A stretch of DNA of 64,000 bases from the human T2T-CHM13v2.0 reference genome, Homo sapiens. The number at the start of each line of letters is the position of its first letter. The first letter of the stretch is position 1. Shown here piece by piece: positions 15,640 to 29,049 of the stretch. A model generated the notes under the pieces. The model searched no databases. It saw nothing but the letters and a program-made list of their open reading frames with translations, and had not been told where the DNA came from. Both the position numbers and the translations under genes were made by a program. The stretch is taken from assembly GCF_009914755.1 (NCBI RefSeq), contig NC_060925.1, one strand, 5' to 3'.

Positions 15640-16040
15640 GGAGCATTGCTTACAGTAGGAAATATTTGGAAATAAATCAAATGTCTATTTTTTGTTCGAT
15701 CATATTTTTCTGAGAAGAAAGGATTGATTAAATAAATCAGGATTTATTCATAAAATGGAATACTATGCAGCTATTAAAACAAGGAAGCTCTGTCACTACT
15801 CAAAGCTCAAATATAAGTTGATAAAGCAAGGTAGGGGAAAGTGTGCATAGTGTTAAAACTTGTGTGAAAAATATAGATCCAAATGTGTGAGTGCATTCAT
15901 GCATATTTATATATGAAGAGACTATAGACTAACTCTGGAAGGACATGTATGAAAATACTACAGTGGTTACCCCTAGTGAAGGGAATGGAGAAATTGGAAG
16001 ACTAGGTAGATGCTAGACTCTTACTTTTTAGTGTATATTT
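15640..16040 (+). mobile_element. L1ME-type 3' fragment
   Basis: ttcataaaatggaatactatgcagctattaaaa...cagtggttacccct. Confidence 0.65.
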
Positions 16041-16084
16041 CCTCCTTCTCCCCTAAACCTTTTTTTTTTTAAAAAAAGAAAACA

Positions 16085-16910
16085 TTTTATTATGAGATAA
16101 TTATAGATTCACATGCAGTTGTAAGAAATAATACAAAGAGATCCCATATATCTTTCATCCAGTTTTCTCCAATGATAACATCTTATGTGAGGAGTTTAAT
16201 GTCACAATTAGAAAGTTGACATTAATATAATCCACTGACCTTATTCATATTTCACCAATTTTACATGCCTTTGTGTATTTGCATGTGTGTGCATGTTTAA
16301 TGCTATATAATTTTATCACATGTGTAAGTTAGTGTAACCAATACCACAGTCAAGATACAGAACAGTTCTATCACAAGGATATCTCATGCTACCCCTTTAT
16401 GGCCACAGACAGCTCCCTCCTTCTCTCCCCTCCTTACTCCTGGCAACCACTAATCTGTTCTCCAAAGCCATAATTTTGCCATTTTAAGAACGTTGTATAA
16501 ATGGAATCATGTAGTATGTAACCTTTTGAGATAGGATTTTTATATTCAGCATAATTCCCTTGAGAGTTATCCAAGTTGTTGGGTGTATCAATTCTTATGA
16601 AGGGCATGTTGTTGGATTGTTGTTTTTATCCACTCTGCACTCCACAAATCTGATTTTTAATTAGTGTATTTAGACCATTTATATGTGAAGTAATTATTGA
16701 TATGCTAGGGCTTAAATTTGCCATTTAATTGTTTGTTTTCTGTTCGTTTCCACCATTTCTCATGTTTCTGTTTGTCTTTTCTTATCTTCCTCCGGGTTAC
16801 TTGAACATTTTTTGGATTTCATGTTTATATATTTACAGTGATTTTGAGTCTATCATTTTGAATAGTTCTCTTAGTGGTTACTCTAGGTATTATAATATAC
16901 ATATATAAAG
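16085..16910 (-). mobile_element. L1MC-type fragments
   Basis: tatagattcacatgcagttgtaagaaataatacaaagagatcc...ccactaatctgttctcc...aaatggaatcatgtagtatgtaacctttt, followed by upstream L1 text. Confidence 0.8.
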
Positions 16911-17236
16911 TAGTAATATCTATGTGAATTATATTCCTTTTTTACCTTTTGGGCTACTTTGTCTTACCTACAAGTTAAATTTAAAAATAAATAAAACTAG
17001 CAAACCAAAACACTCCTACATGTATACCTACTTAAAACAAATAAAACTCACCTCTGTACAGAAAGATTGTAGACAAGAAAAGAAGTGAAAACCAAAGCAC
17101 TTCAGAAGTCATGCAAAGAAATCTTGAATAAGAAGAAAGGATTAAACCAAAACTTTTAGGGCATGACTGAGAAATTGAAAACTGGGGGCTGTCCAGGACA
17201 TTAGAAGCCTGGAGCAGAGAAAGCCATGTTATTGAG

Positions 17237-17615
17237 TATGTAAGTTTGTTCTCACATTGCTGTAAAGAACTACCTGAGACTGGGTAATTTATGAAGAAAG
17301 AAGGTTTAATTGACTAATGGTTCCACAGGCTCTACAGGAAGCATGGTTGGGAGACCTCAGGAAACTTACAACTGTGGTGGGAGGGCAAAGGGGAAGCAAG
17401 CACATCTTCACAGGGCAGAGAGAGAGAGAGAGAGAGAAGGGGAAAGTGCTACATACTTCCAAATAACCAAATCTTGTGAGAACTGTACCATGAGAACAGC
17501 AAGGGGGAAGTTTGCCTCCAATAGTTAAATCAGCTCCCACCAGGTCCCCCCTCCAACCCTGGGAATTATAATTCAAAATGAGATTTGAGTGGGGACACAG
17601 AGCCAAACTATATCA
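17237..17615 (-). mobile_element. THE1D-like solo LTR (ERVL-MaLR)
   Basis: 379 bp, ending gggacacagagccaaactatatca; perfect 5-bp TSD TTGAG at 17232-17236 and 17616-17620. Confidence 0.92.
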
Positions 17616-17649
17616 TTGAGTATCCAGGCCTTGTTTTTTTATGACCTAC

Positions 17650-17820
17650 TGCTTACCACCTGGTAGACCTCATTTCATTTCTTAAACTCTTTAGGTTTCA
17701 AATATAAAAGGAAGTTAATAATGGAACCTACCTCGTAGAATTGTTGTGAAGATTCTCAACATGTATGTAAAGTTCTTAGTGTCATGTCTGACACATAGAC
17801 AAACTCAAGTAATTGCAATC
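17650..17820 (+). mobile_element. MIR 3' half
   Basis: acctacctcgtagaattgttgtgaagatt...atgtaaagttcttag...tctgacacatag. Confidence 0.7.
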
Positions 17821-18339
17821 ATATAACTGAACCTTTTCTTGAGTGTCTACTGGGGTCGCAGGGGTTGCAGGTTACAATGATATGGTGCCATTCCTCAGAA
17901 TGAGAAGATAGTGCCCCAGACATGTTTATAGACCCTTTGATACTTCCCTCGTTGGATGAAACCCTCTTTTCAGTTTCTTTCCACTAAGGATAGATTTCAG
18001 CATATCACTATGCTTGAAGTAAAAAGAGCTTACTCCAGGCCTCTTGGCTCTTGTCCCTACCTTAGACTGATGGCCTTGGTATTTGGTATGTGAAGTAGCA
18101 GTTTGGATATGGAGTACAAAGAGTGAAAAAAAGGTTGGATATGGATTTTTAGACTCTTACTTTGGGAGGATGAGAAAAAGTTCTCAGAATTGATAACATT
18201 GTCCCTAGTAGTAAGAAATATCATTTTTCCTGTCTTTCTAGGCATCCTTGTTGATAGATCTTTGGATAGAATTTTTTGCAGAGAATGGATGATGTTTACT
18301 TTTTTTATATGTAAATGATTCTAAAAGTTGCTTTTTTAA

Positions 18340-18713
<374 letters not shown>

Positions 18714-18867
18714 TCATCTTAGGCTATTGTAACCATGTAGAGAGCAATTCCTTAGGGTGGTGTTTTTTTGTTGTTTTTTATTTCCTTCATTCCCAACTTT
18801 TATGGTGTAGAGCTCTGGCTCCATTTCAAATCAGCGGAAAAATTATCATCAGACCTAAGAATGTTTT

Positions 18868-19153
18868 CTTTTGAGATGGCGTCTCACTCTGTCGCCCAGG
18901 CTGGAGTGCAGTGGCGCGATCTTGGCTCACTGCAACCTCTGCCGCCCGAGCGGCAAGTGATTCTCCTGCCTCAGCCTCCCAAGTAGCTGGGACTACAGGT
19001 GCCTGCCACCACGGCCGGCTAATTTTTTGTATTTTTGTAAAGATGGGGCTTCACCGTGTTAGCCAGGATGGTCTCCATCTCCTGACCTCGTGATCCACCT
19101 GCCTCGGCCTCCCAAAGTGCTGGGATTACAGGCGTGAGCCACCGGGCTCGGCC
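18868..19153 (-). mobile_element. AluSc/AluY-like
   Basis: Full antisense dimer; TSD aagaatgtttt at 18857-18867 and 19154-19164. Confidence 0.95.
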
Positions 19154-20149
19154 AAGAATGTTTTATATTTCCTAGTTTCTCTTCCTTTTGTGGGTCCTAA
19201 TCTTTTGTTTAACAATTGATTTCTACTTCATTTTGACTATATATTTTCTTTTCAAGCCTTTTTCTCCCTGCATCTTGCCAATATCCCTAACCCCATTCAC
19301 TCTCGGCAAACTCGCCTAAATCTCCCACCATGAATTTTAGTCCCAGGTTAGACTTTTAACCTCATCTCCCATTGAACAAACTGCAAAAAATATTAATACA
19401 AAGGGCAGTTTAGAGTCAACAAAAATTGAGAACACTTGCAGCTGATGGTACCATCTGTGCCTGTCAAACTCTGGCCAAGTAGTTTTCCATGGTGGAGAAA
19501 GAGAGAATCTCATGACGGCTTTTGGTTTGGGGTTATTGAGAACTGAGCCTGCACTGGAGGAAGACTAGAAGAGCTGGGAGGCAGCTCTTTCTCTTTGTGG
19601 TGTGTAGCTCATCTCCCAGAAAAACAGGCCTCTCCCAGAAAGTGGTCAAATTTGGCATCTGAGACCTGAGAGTGGCCTCCTGTGGGTCCTTTCTCTCCTA
19701 GCCCATCTGCGAAAATCAATCTGTGCCAGGTGCTCCACATGGCAGAGGGGAGTGGTGGAGTCATGAAAAAGAATTAAGCAAACAAACAAACAAGCCTCAC
19801 AGAGCACACAAGAAATTTCTGAAGAGAAGTTTCCCAGGCTTTTGATGAGGCGAAACAGGAGGACCATAGAGCAGCAGAGGAAGAGGAAGGGGGAGGATAG
19901 GGAGGTTACCTGATGGCCTAATTGGTTCCGACAATGCACTCCTTTGTTGCAGAGAATCTGAATCATGGAAGAAGCAAATAAATAAAGAAAAACATATGGC
20001 AGCTAAGTCATATCAATCTACATTAAGAAAAATAAATGAGAGGATATTAGGGAGAAGATCCTGAGAGGAGAAAGGCAGATGGGGACTCTTAGAAAGTATT
20101 CTTAAAATGGGCAGGAAATGTGAAAAGGGACTTTAAAAAGAGGATTGTG

Positions 20150-20680
20150 GGATGAGCAATGAATAAGTAAAAGGGTACTTAACCTCATCACTCATCAGGG
20201 TAGTGCAAATTAAAACCACAATGAGATAAAAATACTACCAGAATAACTAAACAAAAAATGATGGATCAAACCAAGTGTTGGCCAGGATATGCAGGAATTG
20301 AACTGTATGACAGTGCCGTTGTGAGTGTAATTAGTGCAACCCCTGTGGTAAACTATTTATTGCTATTGTTCGAATTGAACATATGCATATCCTACATCAT
20401 GGCAATGCTATTTCTAGGTGTATACCCAGGCACAATGAGAACATATGACCACTGAGCATCATGTACATAAATGTTTATAGCAGCTTTATTCACAATAGCC
20501 ATATTTGAAAATAATAAAAATGTCCACCAACAGTAGAATAGATAAATATATTGTATATGTCATGGAACACTATGTAGCCTGAAATGAATGAAATGAGAAA
20601 GAATGAAATGTGGATGCGTCTCACAAAGATAATAACAGAAAAAAATCAGATGACCTGGATGACAAAGAAGCATAGTGTTT
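20150..20680 (+). mobile_element. L1M (L1MD/ME) end of ORF2 and 3' UTR fragment
   Basis: tgcaaattaaaaccacaatgagata...ccaagtgttggccaggat...gcagctttattcacaatagcc. Confidence 0.8.
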
Positions 20681-22544
20681 GGGGTGTTACATGTATTTAG
20701 CACATTATGGAGAAAATAGAGTGATAACTTGAGTTCTAGTGAGCTCCAAAGGGATGGAATGATATGTAAAAATCACCAGAAATTTGTTTAAGCCATACTG
20801 AACCTTTCTATAATGAGACCTAAATAGAATAAGGTACTGGGTAATGAATGTTTCCCAAATTATGGCATGAATGTTTAAGGACTATTTCATTTTAAGAGAT
20901 GCAGTGTCCAGAAATTGTCACCATGGTAGTAGTTTTTAAAATGTGTTCCTCAGAGCTGATTGGCTCCAGGAGTGTGTAACTCAGGAGTGTTATCTACCAT
21001 CTGTTTATCTATCTAGTTAACTATCTATTGTAGAGAAGGTTGTGGTGGAGTAAACCAAACAGGCAGCTTGGGATTCATTTGTTGGGGATCTGCACAAGAT
21101 ATTGTTAGAAAATAGTTTGGGCTGCTAAAAAAAAAAAAAAAAGAAAAAAAAAAAGACCACTTCTTTAGAGAACTGTTAGTGTGATGATAAGAGATTATAG
21201 GGCACCAGGAAAATCTAGCAAATACAGCCATCTAACCAAAAGGCAGTATTACCATCCTTGCTTTGCCAGGGGCAAGTGTTGATATAGACAACATTTGGAA
21301 TTTGGAGTCTGGAGTGAGGACTCCTCGGAATATGACACTTAAAGAAGCCCCTGATAAAATCTAGCTAATAGGTAGCAATAATAATATTAGTAAACATTTA
21401 TTGAATATTTACTATTATTTAGTGATGTCTGCTATTTTTATACATCATTTAATCTTCACAAGAGCACAGACCTTGTAGTCATGAAGTAGCTGCTCTCAGG
21501 CTCACCCTCCCACCAAGAAGCTGAATAAATTACTGTTTGTAGGAATCAGAGTACACCAAAATGGGCTAGCATTTGAAAGATCAAGAATTCTCAAAGAAGG
21601 AAATGCATTGAGGTGAATGGGACCTCTGTGGGTTGTTTCCTGTGATGCATATGCAATACTTAGAAGAGGCATAGTAGCCTAGATCTTACAGGAATTGCAG
21701 TGGGACTGGTAGATGAAAATTCATGTTCAGGGATAATAAGACAGCCACAATATGAGGGACCAAGATTCTGGAGAGAAGGAACCACAGAGATCTGAGCCAG
21801 AATTCTGCACGTGACTTTCCCTGAGGAATTTGCAGATTTCTACACCACACTAGCAGTGAGATACTGAGAAGCCAAGAAGAATGCAGTAGTTTAAAAGGCC
21901 AAAAATCTAAGCAGAAATGTAAGCAATCCCAGAGAACTGAAGAGACAGAAATTGTAGTTCAGAGCCTCCCAAGCAAGAAGGATCTTTATAAACATGGCAG
22001 ATTCTCAATTGAGAATCTGAAGAGCTAGATTCTAATAGTATGGGCAAACTGAACATAGACCATTCTCTAGTGGATCAAGATAACCTGTGTATGTTCTGTC
22101 TTCCAGAAAAAAGTGGAATCCTCTATGTAGGATTTCAGGGTCTAAATAATTATTTTACTTACCATGTATGATAGGCAATAGAACATTACCAGGCATGTCA
22201 GGAAATATAACCAAATAAATGAATTTCTTAGTGAAAACAAATAAACTGTAGGTTATTGATATATTGGGATTATCAGACAGATTTCAATACAACTATGATT
22301 AATATGTGTAAGAAAATAGATATCAGATTGATTATTTCACAACTGGAATCTGTAGACAAGAATACAGGGGAAATTCTAGAAGTGAAAAACTTAAGAATCT
22401 AAGAGATATGTTTAATAGCAGATTATGCATAGTAGAAGAGTTGATTAGTAAAGCTGAAAATGTTTATAAAAATAACGGATCAAAGCATCAAGATTAAAAA
22501 GGTGAAAGATAAAGAAAAGAGCATAGCAGACACCCAGTGAAAAA

Positions 22545-22735
22545 TGGTGCTTCTCAAAGTATGGTCCTGAGACCACTTCTGGTGCTGGTCCCTGACAACA
22601 TAGAGTGTTCATAAATGTTTATAGCAATTGATTTTGCCACAACATTTTAATAGCATATTTTATGACAAAATTAGACTCTAAGGGATTATAAATAAAAAGG
22701 AAAAATATTAATCACAACTAGTTTCAGAAACATTG
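22545..22735. mobile_element. hAT-Charlie MITE nested in L1
   Basis: Charlie-type termini gtgcttctcaaagtatggtcc ... agtttcagaaacattg. Confidence 0.55.
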
Positions 22736-23210
22736 GTATAACATAAGTATGTTGGAGTCCCAGAAATGGGGAAGAGAAAGAATAAGGCAGAAGTAACATT
22801 TGAATCTCTATTGGCTAAGAATCTTTCAAAACTGATAAAGCCTCAACACACAACTTCAAAAGGCTCCATGGACCCTAAGCAGCATAACTACAAATAAAAA
22901 CTTACCTAGGTACGTTAGAACGAAACTGCTGAAAACCTAAGAAGAAGAAAAGAAAATCTTAAAGTCTGTCAGAAAACAAAACAAAAAAAACCAATCTTCA
23001 AAGGAACTGTAGTTCCTGAAGCTGCTGCCTTTTCAATGGAAATGGTCTAGAATCCAGAAGTTGATGAAGTGGCATCTTCAAAGTACTGAAAGGAAGTAAC
23101 CACCAACTTAATTCTATATCAAGTGAAAATATCTTTCAAAATAAAAATAAAATATTTGTGGATAAACAAAAGCAGGTAATTTGTAAACAGCAAACCCACA
23201 TTAAAATATT

Positions 23211-23527
23211 ATTTATCTATTTATTTATTTTTTTTAAAGTTGTAGAGACAGAGTCTTGCTCTGTCACCCAGTCTAGAGTGCAGTGGTATGACCAAAGCTC
23301 ACTGCAGCCTTGAATTCCTGGACTCAGGTGATCCTTCTACTTCAGACCTAAGTAGCTAGGATTACTGTTGCATGCCACTATGCCTGGCTAATTAATTTTT
23401 TTTTTTTTTTTTGTAGAGGCAGGGTCTCTCTATATTGCCCAGGCTGGTCTTGACGGGCTCAAACAATCCTCTGACCTCAGCCTCCCAAAGTGCTGAGATT
23501 TACCGGCATTAGTCACTGCAATTGGCC
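23211..23527 (-). mobile_element. AluJ nested in L1
   Basis: Antisense dimer with AluJ features; 16-bp TSD cccacattaaaatatt (23195-23210) / cccacactaaaatatt (23528-23543). Confidence 0.95.
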
Positions 23528-25344
23528 CCCACACTAAAATATTGAAAGAAGCTGCTCAGGCAAAAGAACATGATCCCAGATGGAAGTACAGAAATGAAAG
23601 AAGCAATGAAGAGTAAGAGAAAGGTTTAATATAAAGGAGCATATAGATAAATGTTGTGCAAAACAAGTAATAATGTCTAGTAAGATTAAAATACTATGCA
23701 TTAATAGCCAAAAATGCAGGAGCAGGGTAAACTATTAAAATGTTGTAAGGCTCTTGCAATGTTTCAGAACTTATGAAGGCATACATTATATTATATTCTA
23801 GTAAGCCAAGAATTAATAATGCAATTTTAGGATGATTACTAAAAAGAATAACAAAAGAATTTAGATGTAACAAACTAAGAGATAATAAATGGGAAATTTT
23901 CTTAAGTACTTGATAAATTTTTTAAAAGCCAGGAGAAAAATATAGGACCAAAGAACAAATGAAATAGAGAACAACTGTGAATGTGTTAGATTTAAATTCA
24001 AATATGTCTGTATTTACATTAAATATAAATGGCCTAAACATTCTCATTAAATGACATATTGCTTAACTATGTAAAAAATAATTTTAGGCTACATAAAGAG
24101 ACATACTCTTAAATATCAGGCACAGAAAGCTTAAAAATAAAATAATGGAAAAAGATATACTGTGCAAACACCAATGATAAAGAAGCTAATACAGCTGTAC
24201 TGATATTAGGCATTATAGATTTTAAGGAAGGAAATCATGTTAAAAATAAAAGATGCCATGACATAGTGACAAAATGGGCAATTTGACAGGAATATTTAAT
24301 GATCCGAAAAGATATGCATGTAGTAGCACAAAATATTTAAAGCAAAAACTAACGAAACTAAGAAGAGAAGTAGATAATCTGACAATCACAGTTGGTGGTT
24401 TTAATACCCTTTTCCTTCTTTAACTATCAGCATTAGCCAACAAAACTATGAGTGAAGATTTAGTAGATTTGAATAACACAATTAACAAACTTGATCTAAA
24501 TGACATATAGAACTCTACATCCAAAAGCTACAGAATGCATTTTTTTCAAGTAAACATAACACCTTTAACCAAATTAATCACATACTGGTCAATAATGCAA
24601 GTCTTTAAAAAATTCAATGAGTTGAAATCACACAGAATATTTCCTCTGATCAGAGTGGAAATAAGCCATAAATTAATAACAAAAAGATAATGAGAACATA
24701 CACTTAATGCTGTGACCCAGTAATTCCATTCCTAGATACCTCACATTCATGGGTACATTTGGCATGAAAGGAAGTATACAATCATGTTCATGCAAATCAA
24801 AAATAACCCTGTGCTCATTAACAGTGGAATGAAAAAATTATATGTCAAAATGATACATCATATATTCATATAATGAAATAGTGAATGAGCTAGTGGTATG
24901 CACAGCATGCATGAATCTTGCAGATACAATGGTAAGCAAACAAAGCCAGATGCAGAGAATGCATACCATAATATTTCATTTATATAAGCCAAAACAGGTA
25001 AAATTAAGCGATAGTGATACAAGTTGGAATAGTGTTCTGTTTTCCTTGTGTACTTGTTATACTTCATTAACACATGTTTAAAAAAAACCCAAAAATATCG
25101 CAAGATAAAAAATGCAGAAGCATTTTCTGGGTAAAGAAAGATGGGCAAACATTACAAACAGAAGGAAATTTGGGGGGTTCAAATTCTGTATCAGTCATGA
25201 GTCTTCTTTCCTCCAAAAAACTTACTTTTGAACTTTTAAACTCTATTAACATTCTTATCTATTATTTATTATGGAACTAGATATACCCACTTATAGTAAT
25301 TGTCTCAAATCTGATTTCTTTCCATCTATATTACATGTAGGGTA

Positions 25345-25585
25345 GTACGATGTAGTGGTTAAGGACACAACTCTAGAGAGAGACTGAGGTTAAATCCCAG
25401 TTCAAACATTTGGGCAAGTCACTTAAACTCTCTGCATCTCAGTTTCTTCACTGTAATGTAGAGGTAATAGCAATATCTATGTCAGAGTGCTGTTTTGAGA
25501 ATTAAAAGAATCAATATAATTAGTTACAACAGTATCTGGCACAAAAGTAAGCACTCCATAAATATGTGTGATTGCTACTATAATT
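25345..25585 (+). mobile_element. MIR
   Basis: gtagtggttaaggacac...tgggcaagtcacttaaactctctgcatctcagtttc. Confidence 0.85.
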
Positions 25586-26179
25586 ACCTTGGAGGATCGG
25601 ATCATTCCTTATATTTGTTTTAAATCCCTCGAATACCTAGAACTATACAAGCAATCAGGAAGATGGGCTTTCTGGACAGCGAGAAGGGAAGTTATTTTGG
25701 AAACTGACTCTGTTTTCTCTCTGTGGGTGAGGATGAGCTTACATTGATGACAAGTTTGGCTTATGAACTAGGACCTTAAGTAGAGCTGCATAAATTAGTG
25801 TAAGTGTTATTAATAAGATGGGAAGAATTTGCTTTCTCAGTTCTGGCAGGAATTTATGACCCTGAGAGTCACTTTATGACCCTGAGTTTGCCATAATCAG
25901 CTTAGTGTTCTGATAGGAAACCAAATGGTAAATGCCAAGATGCTGGGGCATTGGTCTCTTGTCTGCATAGTCACCTTACTTTCACTAGGATCTTTATTCA
26001 TGTTCTTTATTTAAGTTGGGAACTTCTAGCAAGGTTATGTGTGTGTCATCTACAGATATGTAAGCAACCTGGACTCTGAAAGCCTATATATTAAAAAAAA
26101 AAAGTTTATGGATTGAATTGAATTGAATCATACTGACTTGAACTGGAGTGAATCTTGAGAGATGGCTAAGAACCAGGAA

Positions 26180-26405
26180 GGCTTAGTGGCTTAACTTGTA
26201 AGGCTATGAGTTTGATTCACTAGATATGTAAATTTTCACAAGACACTTAACTTTTCAGGCCCTTAGCTTACTCCTTTGTAATTTGTGGCTAATAATCATA
26301 GGAACCCCACAGGGTTGTTGTAAGAACTAAATGAAAAATGTGCCTGGTACATGTATTAAGCATTCAGTAAATTATAGCAATTGCTATTATTGCGGTTGCT
26401 ATTTT
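26180..26405 (+). mobile_element. MIR
   Basis: cagggttgttgtaagaactaaatga...tgcctggtacat...cattcagtaaattatagc. Confidence 0.65.
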
Positions 26406-26479
26406 TATTTCTCAGCCAAGAGGCTCAAGCCAGGGTGAACTGAATTGTGAAGCTGCAAGCTTTTCAAATGTGCTCCTTC

Positions 26480-26650
26480 CTTATTTTAAAATCCTTTTTG
26501 TTTTTATTCTCCTGACAACCCTGAGAGCTTGGACAGGGTAGGGGCTATTATCTACAGGTGGCATTTGAGATAATAACATAGAGAGATAAAGTGATTTGCC
26601 TAATGATCTCATAACTGTGGGTGTTAGAGTTAAACCTAGACCCCAACATT
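26480..26650 (-). mobile_element. MIR fragment
   Basis: ctcctgacaaccctgag...gagagataaagtgatttgcctaa. Confidence 0.55.
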
Positions 26651-27207
26651 CCCTAGAGCCAGCCTTGAGATTTTTATTAATTCCTGCTCTATCTACCTGC
26701 TTATCTCCTGATAACCAGCAAGAGATTATTCTTCACCTCTGTGTAGAAGATTTCTGAAAGAGGAGTATTATCCAAATTACCAGCAAAAGAAAATCTTATC
26801 TTTTCAGATATGATAGATGGCTGACATAGATCAGTAGAGGTTTTTAAGAGTTCTAAGAAGTTAAACATGGAAGTTTTATTTTAGGGCCTGGCATCCTCAC
26901 TTACCCATACTGGGACTCATTTTACCCTTAACCTCTCTCCAGCATGGTATTTCATCTTACTGCATTCTTCTTGCTTTATAGTGGGCTTTTTCCAGTTCTC
27001 TGCCTAACTTAATGAAGAAGATTATCTCAAAGTTCCCAAGATTGTTACTTCTCATTTCAAGCTACCAGGAGAGACTCAGCAATAAATTTTTATATTGGGG
27101 ATTCAGTTTCCTTGAGAAATCTTTAAGTCAATAACCAAACCCTTTAAATTTCCTTAACAATGGTGACTGTAGGGCTGTGGGAGGTGTTCTTTTACCTTCC
27201 CTCTCGG

Positions 27208-27325
27208 CACTAAATGTAAGCTCCCTGAGGACAGGGACTTTGTCTATCTTCCTGCAAAATTCCTCAGGGGACAGTACAGTGCCTGGCACATAGTAAGTGC
27301 TCCTTACATATTTGCCAAATGAAGG
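27208..27325 (+). mobile_element. L2 3' end
   Basis: tgtaagctccctgagggacagggactttgtct...gtgcctggcacatagtaagtgctc. Confidence 0.85.
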
Positions 27326-28968
27326 GATGATGTCCCAACTCCAAAATTTGTTATATTTTAATTAATTTCATATCTTTGTTATCTTTTGCTATATGGATAG
27401 ATTTTTAGCTTAGATTCTGTTTAGATGCTTTTTGGTTTGATTCTGGTTTTGGCAGCTTGAGAAGGCTGTAGAATTTTTTCGTGTTCTAGTTAGATTTTAA
27501 ATTTCCTAGCTCCTCAGTAGAGTTTTCTGCCTCTCCCTTGGCCCAAGTATTTAAGTCCCCAAATTTACTTGCTTTTGAAGACTGGATTTTGAATGTAAAT
27601 AAATGAAAAATAATTATTTTGTCTTAATAATAATAATTAAATTATAGCACTAAGTAATTTAGGAAATTTTAGATATAGGTAGGGTATTCTGTTGACTGAG
27701 GTCATAGGATATTCTTAAAATTGGTTTTTTGATCTGAGATACAGCATTCTATTCTTGCCAGGTCATATAAAATAGAATTTGCTACTATTACTTGTATTTG
27801 ATTTCCCCTGATAGGCTATTCAGCTAGGCCAGCCTTCTATGACTGAAAAAAAATCTTTAACAAACAAAGCTGACAAAACAAAGTAGTAAACTAGCCTGCT
27901 TTGGGTTTCAAGGTGAGTCTCCGGTGGACTCTGGAGCAGAAATCCTAAGTTTCTTCTGACTCCTTGGCCTGTCTGATGCCATAAGAGGGTGCAGGGGGAG
28001 ATTTGCTCTGCTTCTCTTCTGTGTCAAGGCAGACTGAGAAGCTTTTAATCCACTATATTTCAAACAGTTGTAAGTAAAAAAAAAAATGTCATGGGAATAC
28101 CCAGATGTGGGCAGATAACAACCCTACTTTTTACTCCCACTTATTAATCCATAAGAAGGAAGGGGGTGAGAAATAGTCTTTGGACGGTCAGCTATCCATG
28201 TACAGTAGTTGGATGCTGAGCCCTTTTCAAATGTACTCAGAATAAAAGTGAAACCCTACTACTTGTTTTGCCCATTAGATAGCATTATCTCCATGGAACG
28301 CCAATTCATATCTCTTTGTGCTGTGTGTGGTTCTCACATATGGGATTTTAATAACCTCCATGCTGTGCTATGAATTTATAAGCAGAGCTGATAGAGGAAA
28401 AGCACCACAGGACTTTATTTTTTCATTATTACTCTTTTGAAAAACAGGGTCTGCCTCATTTCTGTAAGGTTCTCACAGTACTGGCAATGTTGCAGCCAGA
28501 GGTATAGTTGTTACTATGGAAAGGACTAAGCTCTTTATTTATTTGCTATCTATTTTTTTCCAGACTCCCTTTCCCACTGCTGTCCTGCCTTGAGCCACCT
28601 CCGTAATATCCACTGGCATTGTACTTGAAGCTTCAGTGAACTGATTGCAAGGAAATAGGCTCCATTTGTTCTCTAGCTCTGTGGTTTATCTTACATTCTG
28701 AATGTTTTTTCTGCCCATCCTTTTAAATGTGGTCACATTTCTCCTCTGTATAATTCTGCAGGTCCAAGTATCTTATTTAGTGCAGTGGCTAAGACAACAG
28801 GCTCTGTAGTCAACTAGTCATGGATGTGCATGCTGACATTGCTCTCTGATCCTTGAGAAATTATTTGAGTTTTGTAAATTCATCTATATGATGGTAATGA
28901 TAAACCTTCCTCCTAAGGTTGGTGTGGTTGTTAGTTGGTATGGTGTGGTTGTTAGTTGGTATATTTCC

Positions 28969-29049
28969 TTTTTTTTTTTTTTTTTTTGAGACAGAGTCCC
29001 CCTCAGTAACCTAGGCTGGAGTGCAATGATCTTGGCTCACTGCAACCTG
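28969..29049 (-). mobile_element. Truncated Alu (T-tail plus about 60 bp of right arm)
   Basis: T19 gagacagagtccc...ggctggagtgcaatgatcttggctcactgcaacct, then an abrupt end. Confidence 0.85.

Larger units (their letters stand above)
21480..25080 (+). mobile_element. Old L1M element: 5' region, ORF1, ORF2 endonuclease, then a jump to the 3' UTR; carries nested hAT and Alu insertions
   Basis: ORF1-like text (ggagtcccagaa...gaataaggcagaag, aaactgctgaaaacc) and EN-like text (tacattaaatataaatggcctaaac, aaacttgatctaaatgacatatagaactctacatccaa), then 3' UTR text from about 24700. Confidence 0.75.

Noticed and set aside
17515-17540. DUX4 site expected in MaLR LTRs (also near 2258-2270 and 3894-3904)
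   Set aside because: All three copies deviate from the TAAYYYAATCA-type motif (tagttaaatca, tggtgcaatta, tgattcagtca).
19676-19865. Hammerhead-ribozyme-like words (CTGAAGAG, TGATGAG, CGAAAC, and a CCTCCTGT/ACAGGAGG pairing)
   Set aside because: No stem II or stem I can be built, and the would-be cleavage nucleotide is G rather than H.
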